A stretch of DNA of 38,822 nt, taken from positions 1-38,822 of the IMG/VR virus record IMGVR_UViG_3300030090_004705. The stretch is one strand, 5' to 3'. The notes beneath the pieces are model-generated. The model had not been told where the DNA came from and ran no database searches. It saw nothing but the letters and a program-made list of their open reading frames with translations. The DNA comes from a virus (Duplodnaviria > Caudoviricetes). The position numbers were made by a program, and so were the translations under genes. This document shows positions 8,479 through 15,126 of this stretch, piece by piece. The first letter of the stretch is position 1; each line of letters begins with the position of its first letter.

Positions 8479-9010
8479 AGCTGGTCGCCCCTCTGGTGTA
8501 CTGCACAAACTCCAGGATCTGTGCGCCCAGAACCTTGCATGTCACGCCAGTGCCCTTGCCACCCGTGTAGCCAGACACCGCAAAGTTCAGGCGGCCTGTT
8601 GTTTCGGGCCCCATCTTCTTCAGCCCATCACGGTCGACGATCGGCTTGCCTTGGCTGTCGAACAGCGCAACCTCGGCTGACCATGTAGTGCCGTCAGTGC
8701 GCACGCCGTTGGCGGTGCGCTTCATCTTGATCGAGAAGACGGCACGGCCCTGGTCGTCGTTCTCAAATTTGTATGGCTTGTCGTTCAGCTGCAGCTTGGT
8801 GCCAGGTGCGCTGCCGCTGAGGTGCTGCATGTATGAGGCGTAGTAGGCATCCAGCTGCTCAGCAATCTCTGCAGCCTGCTCAGCTGGGATGTGTGCCGTG
8901 ACCTTGTAAACAGCAGGTGGGTACTTGGTGTCGGGTTCAACCAGCCAGGCGTAGGTGAGACGGCAAGGCGGTGTGGTCAGAGTCAGGGAGTCAAACTTCT
9001 GAGGTTTCAT
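8390..9010 (-). CDS. gp2.5: Single-stranded DNA-binding protein (T7 gp2.5-like)
   Basis: YAWLVEPDTKY, LFDSQGKP and an acidic tail ending in an aromatic residue (EEPATEEAGNW). Sits between the RNAP and endonuclease genes. Confidence 0.85.
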   Translation of the reverse strand: MKPQKFDSLTLTTPPCRLTYAWLVEPDTKYPPAVYKVTAHIPAEQAAEIAEQLDAYYASYMQHLSGSAPGTKLQLNDKPYKFENDDQGRAVFSIKMKRTANGVRTDGTTWSAEVALFDSQGKPIVDRDGLKKMGPETTGRLNFAVSGYTGGKGTGVTCKVLGAQILEFVQYTRGATSFGFQAETNGFKAGDITSTEEPATEEAGNW

Positions 9011-11391
9011 GTGATGAAGTAGTCGGAAGATTTCACGAGAGAAGGATCGAGCTGCCCAGCTTGTGGCCGTGACAGCTCAACCTTGGTGTGTGTGAGGAGC
9101 TGATCCGATATGCGATCGAACCAGCGCTCTGAATAAAGCGCAGCAAACGCTGCCCGTACAGAGTTGCGTAGTTGTGTCATCTCTGCAGGCGTTGTGACGA
9201 AACAGTCATGAACGCCGGCCAAGTTGACCACGCCCTTGCTTGCTGCGTCAATGCTTGCCAGCGCCATGTGGCTGGCATCCATGGAGTGCAGGACGTTTGG
9301 CGACAGTGCGTTAGCCATGCGCCTGCCATCCAGCTCGACCTCGTCGTCGACCTTGATCTTGATGTCAAGCCTGACGTCCGACAAATACTTGAGGCGGATG
9401 CGCTTGACGTGGTCTGCCATGTACTGCTGCTGCACCAGCAGCCCGCTTGGTGTGCGCCATTGCAGTGGCATGTCGGCCTTGCCGGCTGCCTTGCCGATGG
9501 CACGGAACCACTTCATGGCCTGCTCAGCTGGCCCAATCAATGCCGATGCTTCCTTGTGCAGGATGCGCGCCATGTAATGCACGGTCTGCACTGCCCCCTT
9601 GCGCGTGGCCCAGGACTTGCCGCTGAATAATTCCTGCGTGCGCTCGACTGCCCAGTCGTAGCAATGGAAGTAGAAGGCGCTGTGGGTGGCACTGTAGGGG
9701 AGGCACATCACAACTGGTTTCGCCAGCGACCTGTCGGGCTGCAGCTTCAGCCATTTGCGTGCGTCCTCGTCGCCATTGCTGCGCAGCACCTGCAGCACTC
9801 GGTCGATCACTGCGCTGTAGATGTCTTGCGGTGTGTCGGATGGCAGCAGATTGGTCAGCTTGCCCATGCCCTCGTCTAGCAGCAGGCCGCTGTAGTGCTG
9901 GATGCCCGAGCATGTGCAGTCCAGCATGGTGGGCAGCTGGCAGGCGTAGCCGTAGCCCTGCTGCATGAACTCGGCGTAGCTGCGGCAGAAAGCAAGGAAG
10001 GACCACGGTTTTTTGGCACGCATCCAAAACTCGGCGTGCTGCCACGGGTCAGCAGCAGCTGCCCCTATGCGCTCTGCTTCCTGATGCACCCAGTCAATGC
10101 GCGCACGAAAGTCGAGCCCACCGTGCCCATACATGTTTGCCCCATGCACCCGCAGCCAGTCAGCCTGCTCCTCTGTCGTGATGGGCTGGCCGTCACTAAA
10201 CACCAGCAGACAGCGGCTGACGTCGTTGCCCTGGGGGTTGAGGTACGGCGGGCGGTAGTAGTAACGCCCCCTGAAGTCGAGCGACATGGGGAAGTGCAGC
10301 CGTTGCTCGCCGACAAAACGCTTCGCCACCCACAGGCATTTGGCAATGGCAATACGCGCTGTCTTGGTTTTGTCGTTCTTCTCGTGGATGCGGCGGGCCT
10401 GCATGCGCCACTTGCGTACGCCTTCGCTGTCCTCCGGCAAGTGCTTGGGGTACGGCGGCACCGGCCACCCTTCCCGTGGCATGAGACAGCCCACCTCAAT
10501 GCTGTTGTCGTAGGCATGCAGCACCTGCTCCAGCATCCAGCCATTGACCTGCCAGGCCACGGCCTGGTGCAAGTTGGCAGCCTGCAGGTACGGCTCGTCT
10601 CCCTTGGTGTGCTGTGCCACCAGCTCTGCGTTGGACTTCATCAACACCAACGGAATGCTGTCAGTCAGGTAGCCCCCGCTCAGCGGTGACGTCCATGGTC
10701 GTGGTGGCACCAGCATGGGCAGGTAGCTGGGTGTCATCAGCTTCTGCTGCTGCTTCACGTCCTGCACCCATGCCATGCACTGGTCAGTTGGCACCACCAC
10801 CCTGCGTGGCGGCTTGTAGCTGCGGTCGACGGTGATCTCGACGATGCCAACTTCCTTGGCTATCAGTTCAACTAGAAACACACCCGAGGCCATGCGCTCA
10901 CGGGGATGCCAATGCTCTGTCCGTTGCATGTGACTGATCGCAGCGACCTGGTGCTTGCGCCTGCTGCGGCCACGTCGGAACGTGCGCAGCTCTTGTGCGC
11001 TTGCTCGGTCGAGCATGGTCTCGATCCACAGCTTCTCGGCGACCTCCGCTGCGACGTGGTGCAGCGTGTTGCAGGCGCTGATGCTGTCCACTACCACCCG
11101 CACGGCAGTTGCAGCGACCTGCTGGGGTGGAAGGTGTGTCACGGGTGCAAGCAGGGCGAACGCTTGGCCCGCCTTGCCTGCCTGTATGCGGCGCCGAACA
11201 GCACGGAGATGGATCACTAATTGATCCACCCCCGCTGCTGTTAGTGCTTCCCCCCATGTGCTGAGTGATTCCATCCGCCCCTTGCGGTGGCGGTTGGCGA
11301 TCAACTCAACGCGATCCCGCCCGAGCGTGAGCATCTCCCGCTCTAGTTCCAGCTGGTCTGCTGTCGACCTTGTTGAGCTTGGCGATGGCAT
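9007..11391 (-). CDS. gp1: Single-subunit DNA-directed RNA polymerase (T7 gp1-like)
   Basis: DFRGRYY, PQGND, motif A DCTCSGIQH, motif B RSLAKPVVMCLPY, PNVLHSMDASH and motif C VHDCF. Confidence 0.97.
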   Translation of the reverse strand: MPSPSSTRSTADQLELEREMLTLGRDRVELIANRHRKGRMESLSTWGEALTAAGVDQLVIHLRAVRRRIQAGKAGQAFALLAPVTHLPPQQVAATAVRVVVDSISACNTLHHVAAEVAEKLWIETMLDRASAQELRTFRRGRSRRKHQVAAISHMQRTEHWHPRERMASGVFLVELIAKEVGIVEITVDRSYKPPRRVVVPTDQCMAWVQDVKQQQKLMTPSYLPMLVPPRPWTSPLSGGYLTDSIPLVLMKSNAELVAQHTKGDEPYLQAANLHQAVAWQVNGWMLEQVLHAYDNSIEVGCLMPREGWPVPPYPKHLPEDSEGVRKWRMQARRIHEKNDKTKTARIAIAKCLWVAKRFVGEQRLHFPMSLDFRGRYYYRPPYLNPQGNDVSRCLLVFSDGQPITTEEQADWLRVHGANMYGHGGLDFRARIDWVHQEAERIGAAAADPWQHAEFWMRAKKPWSFLAFCRSYAEFMQQGYGYACQLPTMLDCTCSGIQHYSGLLLDEGMGKLTNLLPSDTPQDIYSAVIDRVLQVLRSNGDEDARKWLKLQPDRSLAKPVVMCLPYSATHSAFYFHCYDWAVERTQELFSGKSWATRKGAVQTVHYMARILHKEASALIGPAEQAMKWFRAIGKAAGKADMPLQWRTPSGLLVQQQYMADHVKRIRLKYLSDVRLDIKIKVDDEVELDGRRMANALSPNVLHSMDASHMALASIDAASKGVVNLAGVHDCFVTTPAEMTQLRNSVRAAFAALYSERWFDRISDQLLTHTKVELSRPQAGQLDPSLVKSSDYFIT

Positions 11392-12205
11392 CTCTCAGCT
11401 GTGGGTTGGCGAGGTGTGCGTACTGCTCCGTAACGGTGATGCTCTTGTGGCCCAGGATCTCTTTCACCACATACAAATCGACGCCACGCTGCACCAGTCG
11501 GCTGGCGCAGGTGTGCCGCAGCATGTGCAAGACCCAGTGCTTGTCGTCTTCCCAGCCCAGGTCGCCCCTGGCGCAGTCCCAGACATATTCCAGGTGGCCC
11601 CGCTCCAGCGTGTTGAACACTGAGCCGGTTAGGTTGCGCCGCTTGATGCGACGGCCGACGATCTGCCGCACTCGGTCAGTCATGGGCACCGACCTGGGCT
11701 TGTCTGCCTTGTTCTTCCAAACACTGATGATGTTCTGCTCCATGTCCACGTCGGCAGGGATGACACGGAACAGCTCGCCGACACGCATGCCGGTGTCAAT
11801 CAAAACAATCAACGCCTCGCATACCTGCAGCTCGTTCTCGTTGCAGCACCAATTGATCAGTGCGTCTTCCTCCTCAACTGACATGAAGCGCAGCCGGGAC
11901 GATGTCACCTTCATGGTCGGGATGTGCGGCCGCTTGCTGCAACCATCACGGCGCATGGCGTCCGTGTAAATGGCCTTCAACACCGCCAGCTTTTTGTTGA
12001 TGGTGGCGGGTGCGTTGCCGCTGTCCTTCAGCGTCTGGATGTAGGCGTCGACGGTGCTGGTTGTGATGTCGTCAAGCTTGACCTGGCGGCCGAAGTGATC
12101 CAGCACCAGGCGCATGTTGCACAGCGCCTTGCGTTCGTTGCCGCTGCCTGCGTAGCGGACTTGCTCTGTGACCTTGGCTGCCTCGTGCAGCGTCCAACTA
12201 GACAT
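11306..12205 (-). CDS. int: Tyrosine recombinase / integrase
   Basis: Complete catalytic set: TGMRVGEL (R), KNK (K), HMLRH (HxxR), LGH and QYAH (Y). N-terminal SAM-like region contains PATINKKLAVLK. Confidence 0.95.
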   Translation of the reverse strand: MSSWTLHEAAKVTEQVRYAGSGNERKALCNMRLVLDHFGRQVKLDDITTSTVDAYIQTLKDSGNAPATINKKLAVLKAIYTDAMRRDGCSKRPHIPTMKVTSSRLRFMSVEEEDALINWCCNENELQVCEALIVLIDTGMRVGELFRVIPADVDMEQNIISVWKNKADKPRSVPMTDRVRQIVGRRIKRRNLTGSVFNTLERGHLEYVWDCARGDLGWEDDKHWVLHMLRHTCASRLVQRGVDLYVVKEILGHKSITVTEQYAHLANPQLRDAIAKLNKVDSRPAGTRAGDAHARAGSR

Positions 12206-12515
12206 AGCTGGCCCCCTTCAAGAAAGCCTGGTGGGCAATGGTCTGCTGCTCAAAGGTAAGCTGCTTGCCCTGGCTGTAAGCGGCCAGCCATTGCTCGAAG
12301 CGCTGTTCGTTTAGCTCTTCCCGTGTCTGTGTGATCGGCGGTGCATCGGGCAGCATCATCCAGTGCGTCACGCCCTTGCGGTACTGCACACAGTCCCATG
12401 AGCCGCTCATCCACTTGCCGATGGGGTCGTACAGCAGCACCAGGCCCTGGTTGTTGGCGTGCGCTGCTGTTGGTTGCTTGTCGTTGATGTCGTAAATCAG
12501 TGAGTCGTTAGTCAT
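12198..12515 (-). CDS. Hypothetical early protein with a DUF551-like motif
   Basis: ATG at 12515 overlaps the upstream gene end. VTHWMMLPDAP resembles the THWxPLPxxP motif. Confidence 0.6.
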   Translation of the reverse strand: MTNDSLIYDINDKQPTAAHANNQGLVLLYDPIGKWMSGSWDCVQYRKGVTHWMMLPDAPPITQTREELNEQRFEQWLAAYSQGKQLTFEQQTIAHQAFLKGASYV

Positions 12516-12666
12516 TGGTCTGTTCCTCGATTTTTTTGAGCAGGTGGGTGCCGAACAGCGACGCAATGGCAATCATCTGGCTGTCCGGAGCCCGGCCGAT
12601 TGTGTCCTTGTACCAGTCTCGAAAGATCTGCTGGAGCTGGAGTGTGGTCGGGCCTTTTCGATCCAT
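12508..12666 (-). CDS. Hypothetical early protein (52 aa)
   Basis: MDRKGPTTLQLQQIFRDWYKDTIGRAP...; packs tightly against the downstream gene. Confidence 0.55.
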   Translation of the reverse strand: MDRKGPTTLQLQQIFRDWYKDTIGRAPDSQMIAIASLFGTHLLKKIEEQTND

Positions 12667-12730
12667 TGCGTGCCGTGATAGTTGAGAAAGGCGCCCCATA
12701 CCAAGGCATTGAGCGCCGTGAGGATAAGGA

Positions 12731-13129
12731 TCAGTCGCACTGCTTGGTGTACGCGTCGGACAATTCTTGACAGCGCTTTGCCCTGACCCTGTAGGCCTGG
12801 TCGAGCTGCTCTTCCGCCTCCTTCAATGCGTCAAAGTTGGCCGCAAGCTGTCGGCTGAGCTCCGCCATCTGCTTCATGGTCTGTTCCATGAGGTAGTTCA
12901 TCCGCCCGTTGGCGTCCTCGTCCTCTAGGTCCTCCCATGCCGCAGCAATCAGGTCACGCTGATCGAACACCGCCCGTAGGTGGTACTGCGTTGTGTAAAG
13001 CGTGCTCCTTGCGTCGCATGTTTTCGAGCGGACGTTGCTGATAACAGCTGCTGCGTCCTTGATCTGCTTGTCAGCCTCAAGCGCCTCCGCATAGGTGGCG
13101 GGCTTCTTGGGTCGGCCTCGTGTGGCCAT
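12731..13129 (-). CDS. Early protein with an AT-hook-like N-terminus and coiled coil
   Basis: GGAGG 5 nt before the ATG. Begins MATRGRPKKP and has a helical heptad-like C-terminal half. Confidence 0.7.
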   Translation of the reverse strand: MATRGRPKKPATYAEALEADKQIKDAAAVISNVRSKTCDARSTLYTTQYHLRAVFDQRDLIAAAWEDLEDEDANGRMNYLMEQTMKQMAELSRQLAANFDALKEAEEQLDQAYRVRAKRCQELSDAYTKQCD

Positions 13130-13135
13130 GTTGTC

Positions 13136-13190
13136 CTCCGTGGTGGGTGTTGTGATTCCATTTCCCGTGGGGGGGCGCCCCCCGACGGGA
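13136..13190 (-). promoter_or_regulatory. Early-leader element 1: GC hairpin + ACACCCACCAC + SD
   Basis: mRNA sense: tcccgtcggggggcgcccccccacggga-aatggaatcaca-acacccaccac-ggagg-acaac-ATG. Confidence 0.65.
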
Positions 13191-13358
13191 TTAGTTGGCG
13201 TCGATCTGTCGCTGAATCTCTGCGTTGCGTTGCCGGATGTTCTCCATCAGCTCACCGTGGCCAGCTGTTGGGTCAAACTTGGCGATCAGCCAGGCCGCAC
13301 CGATGGCGGCCGCGGCTGTCGCGTACAGGATCAGCAAGAGATAGGTGCGTAGCTGCAT
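13191..13358 (-). CDS. Small single-TM early protein (55 aa, not in ORF track)
   Basis: Translated by hand: MQLRTYLLLILYATAAAAIGAAWLIAKFDPTAGHGELMENIRQRNAEIQRQIDAN. TGATG coupling to the upstream gene. Confidence 0.7.
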   Translation of the reverse strand: MQLRTYLLLILYATAAAAIGAAWLIAKFDPTAGHGELMENIRQRNAEIQRQIDAN

Positions 13359-13576
13359 CAGCCCATCTCCGACATGTTGGGGAACGTGTAGGTCTCCCGA
13401 GCGTGCAGCAGTTCGCTGGTGATTTCAAACCACGGCGCAACTAGGTCGTAGTGCGTCGGGTGTGCCTTGCAGTCGGCGTCAAGCTGCCTGGCATGGGCCA
13501 GGGCCTGGGCCTTGGTGCTGAAGCTGTCGACGTAGTCGACGCAACCGCAGTCGTGGGCGTAGACGTGAAAAGCCAT
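13358..13576 (-). CDS. Hypothetical early protein (72 aa)
   Basis: GGAGG 4 nt before the ATG at 13576. Begins MAFHVYAHDCGCVDYVDSFSTKAQALAHA. Confidence 0.7.
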   Translation of the reverse strand: MAFHVYAHDCGCVDYVDSFSTKAQALAHARQLDADCKAHPTHYDLVAPWFEITSELLHARETYTFPNMSEMG

Positions 13577-13581
13577 AGGGC

Positions 13582-13640
13582 CTCCGTTGGTGGTGGGTGT
13601 GGGTGCTGGTGAGGGCACCAGAGAGCCCACGAGGGGCTCT
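13582..13640 (-). promoter_or_regulatory. Early-leader element 2: twin hairpin + ACACCCACCAC + SD
   Basis: mRNA sense: agagccc-ctcgt-gggctct ctggtg-ccct-caccag caccc acacccaccac caac ggagg ccct ATG. Confidence 0.65.
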
Positions 13641-13649
13641 AGGTTGCCG

Positions 13650-14126
13650 TCATTCGCCGTAGTAGAACAGGCCGGTGAACCAGTCCAGGGCGTCGGCGTC
13701 GGCGTCCGTGTAGCAGGTCCATGGCGTGCCCCAGTGCTGGTACTCCAGCTGGAAGCCGCAGGGCTCGATGCCGCAGGCAGGCGAGCCGCGCAGCTCGCCA
13801 GTGATGCGGAGCGCAGGGCCGCCCCACGACAACAGGATCATGTAGTCGCCGGGCTCTGCTGGGTAGCCGGGTGCATGCCAACCGCTGCGCACCTCAAGGC
13901 TGAGGATGCTCTCCCGCTGGCGCACCTCAATGGATTCGGCTGTGTCGGCGTGGTTGGTGCCGTCGTAGCCGTGCTCCTTGAGCTGCAGCTTGGCCTCCCG
14001 CGTCAGGTCGCGGCCCTCCGTCTCTTCCTGGCAGAACAGCCACGCCTCGTGGGCGGCGCTGATGTCTGCATTCCAGGCGGCGGCGTTGTCCAGGCCGTGG
14101 TTGGCCTCTGTGGTGGCTGTGGTCAT
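13650..14126 (-). CDS. Conserved-looking hypothetical phage protein (158 aa)
   Basis: GAGG before the ATG at 14126. Motifs EVRSGW, ILLSWGGPALRITGEL and LEYQHWGTPW. Confidence 0.75.
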   Translation of the reverse strand: MTTATTEANHGLDNAAAWNADISAAHEAWLFCQEETEGRDLTREAKLQLKEHGYDGTNHADTAESIEVRQRESILSLEVRSGWHAPGYPAEPGDYMILLSWGGPALRITGELRGSPACGIEPCGFQLEYQHWGTPWTCYTDADADALDWFTGLFYYGE

Positions 14127-14134
14127 TGGTCGAC

Positions 14135-14186
14135 CTCGTGTGGTGGGTGTTGGTGGTGAAACCACCAGAGAGCCCCGGAGGGCTCT
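14135..14186 (-). promoter_or_regulatory. Early-leader element 3: twin hairpin + ACACCCACCAC + SD
   Basis: mRNA sense: agagccc-tccg-gggctct c tggtggt-ttc-accacca acacccaccac ac gagg tcgacca ATG. Confidence 0.65.
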
Positions 14187-14195
14187 GTGTTGGGT

Positions 14196-14456
14196 TCAGT
14201 AGTGGCAGGCGGCCATGGTGGAGCAGGGATTAGTGAGCCAGTCAGGCTCTTCCTCCTCCTCCTCGCCGTCCAGCCGTTGGTTGACCTCCACTTCATCGTC
14301 CAGGGCCTGGGCCAGTGGCTTGGCGATGGCGTCCGTGTCGATGACTTCGGACAGGATGATGAGCAGGTCGGAAGCTAGGCCCTCTGGGTCGTCGTTGCCC
14401 ATGTAGTAACGGGCAAACGATGCAAGGGCTGCTTCGAGCTTGGCGTGTTGGTCCAT
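14196..14456 (-). CDS. Acidic hypothetical early protein
   Basis: ATG 3 nt after the upstream stop. Very Asp/Glu-rich (DGEEEEEEPD). Confidence 0.7.
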   Translation of the reverse strand: MDQHAKLEAALASFARYYMGNDDPEGLASDLLIILSEVIDTDAIAKPLAQALDDEVEVNQRLDGEEEEEEPDWLTNPCSTMAACHY

Positions 14457-14459
14457 GGA

Positions 14460-14663
14460 TCAATAGCCGAGAAAGGAAAGCAGGCCGCGGCCGTCGCGGT
14501 TGAGGATGGCCAGCATCTCGTTGGAGTCGCTGGTGTAGTCCTCGATATTGCGGACGACCTCGTCGTAGCTGTTGCCGTGCTCCTCGAACAGCTGGCGGGT
14601 GGCCTCTAGTGAGGCCTCGCCGTTGCGTCCGCAGAGCTCAAGGAAGGATTCCTCGTAGGTCAT
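14460..14663 (-). CDS. First early gene, acidic hypothetical protein (67 aa)
   Basis: ATG at 14663 follows the CAACACCCACCAC leader motif. Sequence MTYEESFLELCGRNGE...LLSFLGY. Confidence 0.7.
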   Translation of the reverse strand: MTYEESFLELCGRNGEASLEATRQLFEEHGNSYDEVVRNIEDYTSDSNEMLAILNRDGRGLLSFLGY

Positions 14664-14667
14664 GGCG

Positions 14668-14740
14668 GTGGTGGGTGTTGGTGACCTGTTTGAGCCTGGG
14701 CGGCCAAACAGAGAAGAACAGGCAGCCGGGCCGGTTGCCC
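14668..14740 (-). promoter_or_regulatory. Early-leader element 4: twin hairpin + ACACCCACCAC
   Basis: mRNA sense: ggcaaccgg-c-ccggctgcc ... ctgtttg-gccgcccaggct-caaacag gtcacca acacccaccac cgcc ATG. Confidence 0.55.
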
Positions 14741-14746
14741 GTACCC

Positions 14747-14777
14747 AGCATACCAACCAAGGGGACTGCCTGTCCCC
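14747..14777 (-). promoter_or_regulatory. Candidate host sigma70 extended -10 promoter for the early arm, with a palindrome over the -35 position
   Basis: Minus strand TG-g-TATGCT (14755-14747). Palindrome GGGGAC-tgcct-GTCCCC at 14761-14777. Confidence 0.45.
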
Positions 14778-14916
14778 CTGGACCCCACCACCCTAGTCGA
14801 TGTGGCCGGCAATGGCCACCCCGAAGGGGGGTGAGGCCGGCTGCTCCTATATGCGTAAGCCCCTCAGATTTTTCCGCCAGAAATCAGCGTCAGCAGTACC
14901 GCAGGGAGCGAACAGG

Positions 14917-14952
14917 GATCTAGTAAGAGATCTAGTAGGGACTCTTACTAGA
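14917..14952. repeat. Nested direct and inverted repeat cluster
   Basis: TCTAGTAAGAG (14919-14929) and CTCTTACTAGA (14942-14952) form a perfect 11-bp inverted repeat. GATCTAGTA is directly repeated at 14917 and 14929. Confidence 0.8.
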
Positions 14953-15021
14953 GGGGCATGGCGTTCTTCTTATGGGGACAGCCAGTGGTGGCAAGGGGTT
15001 TCGGGTGGGTATAGTGCGGGG

Positions 15022-15088
15022 GTCTTAGCGACGCAGAGCTGGGACAGGGCTTCTCTCCTGTGGTGGGTGTAGAGGCCCTTGCTTTTTT
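15022..15088 (+). ncRNA. Candidate small antisense RNA against early-gene leaders
   Basis: TATAGT at 15010-15015, then a 9-bp stem (AGGGCTTCT/AGAGGCCCT, one G-U pair) enclosing the 16-nt loop CTCCTGTGGTGGGTGT, then T6 at 15083-15088. The loop is complementary to four early leaders. Expression is not shown. Confidence 0.4.
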
Positions 15089-15126
15089 CTTCGATATGCT
15101 GCGGATAACGGGGAAAAGTAAAAGCA

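Noticed and set aside
6469-12259. Many long + strand ORFs opposite helicase, RNAP and integrase (e.g. 9895..10689, 11370..11969)
   Set aside because: These are antisense shadows of GC-rich genes, with no motifs or ribosome-binding sites.
13130-14680. Repeated GTGGTGGGTGT motif as a CRISPR or mini-array
   Set aside because: Copies are about 450-550 bp apart and separated by whole genes, and no cas genes are present.
14780-15125. tRNA gene or tRNA-derived attP in the control region
   Set aside because: No T-loop GTTCRA motif or cloverleaf could be found by eye.
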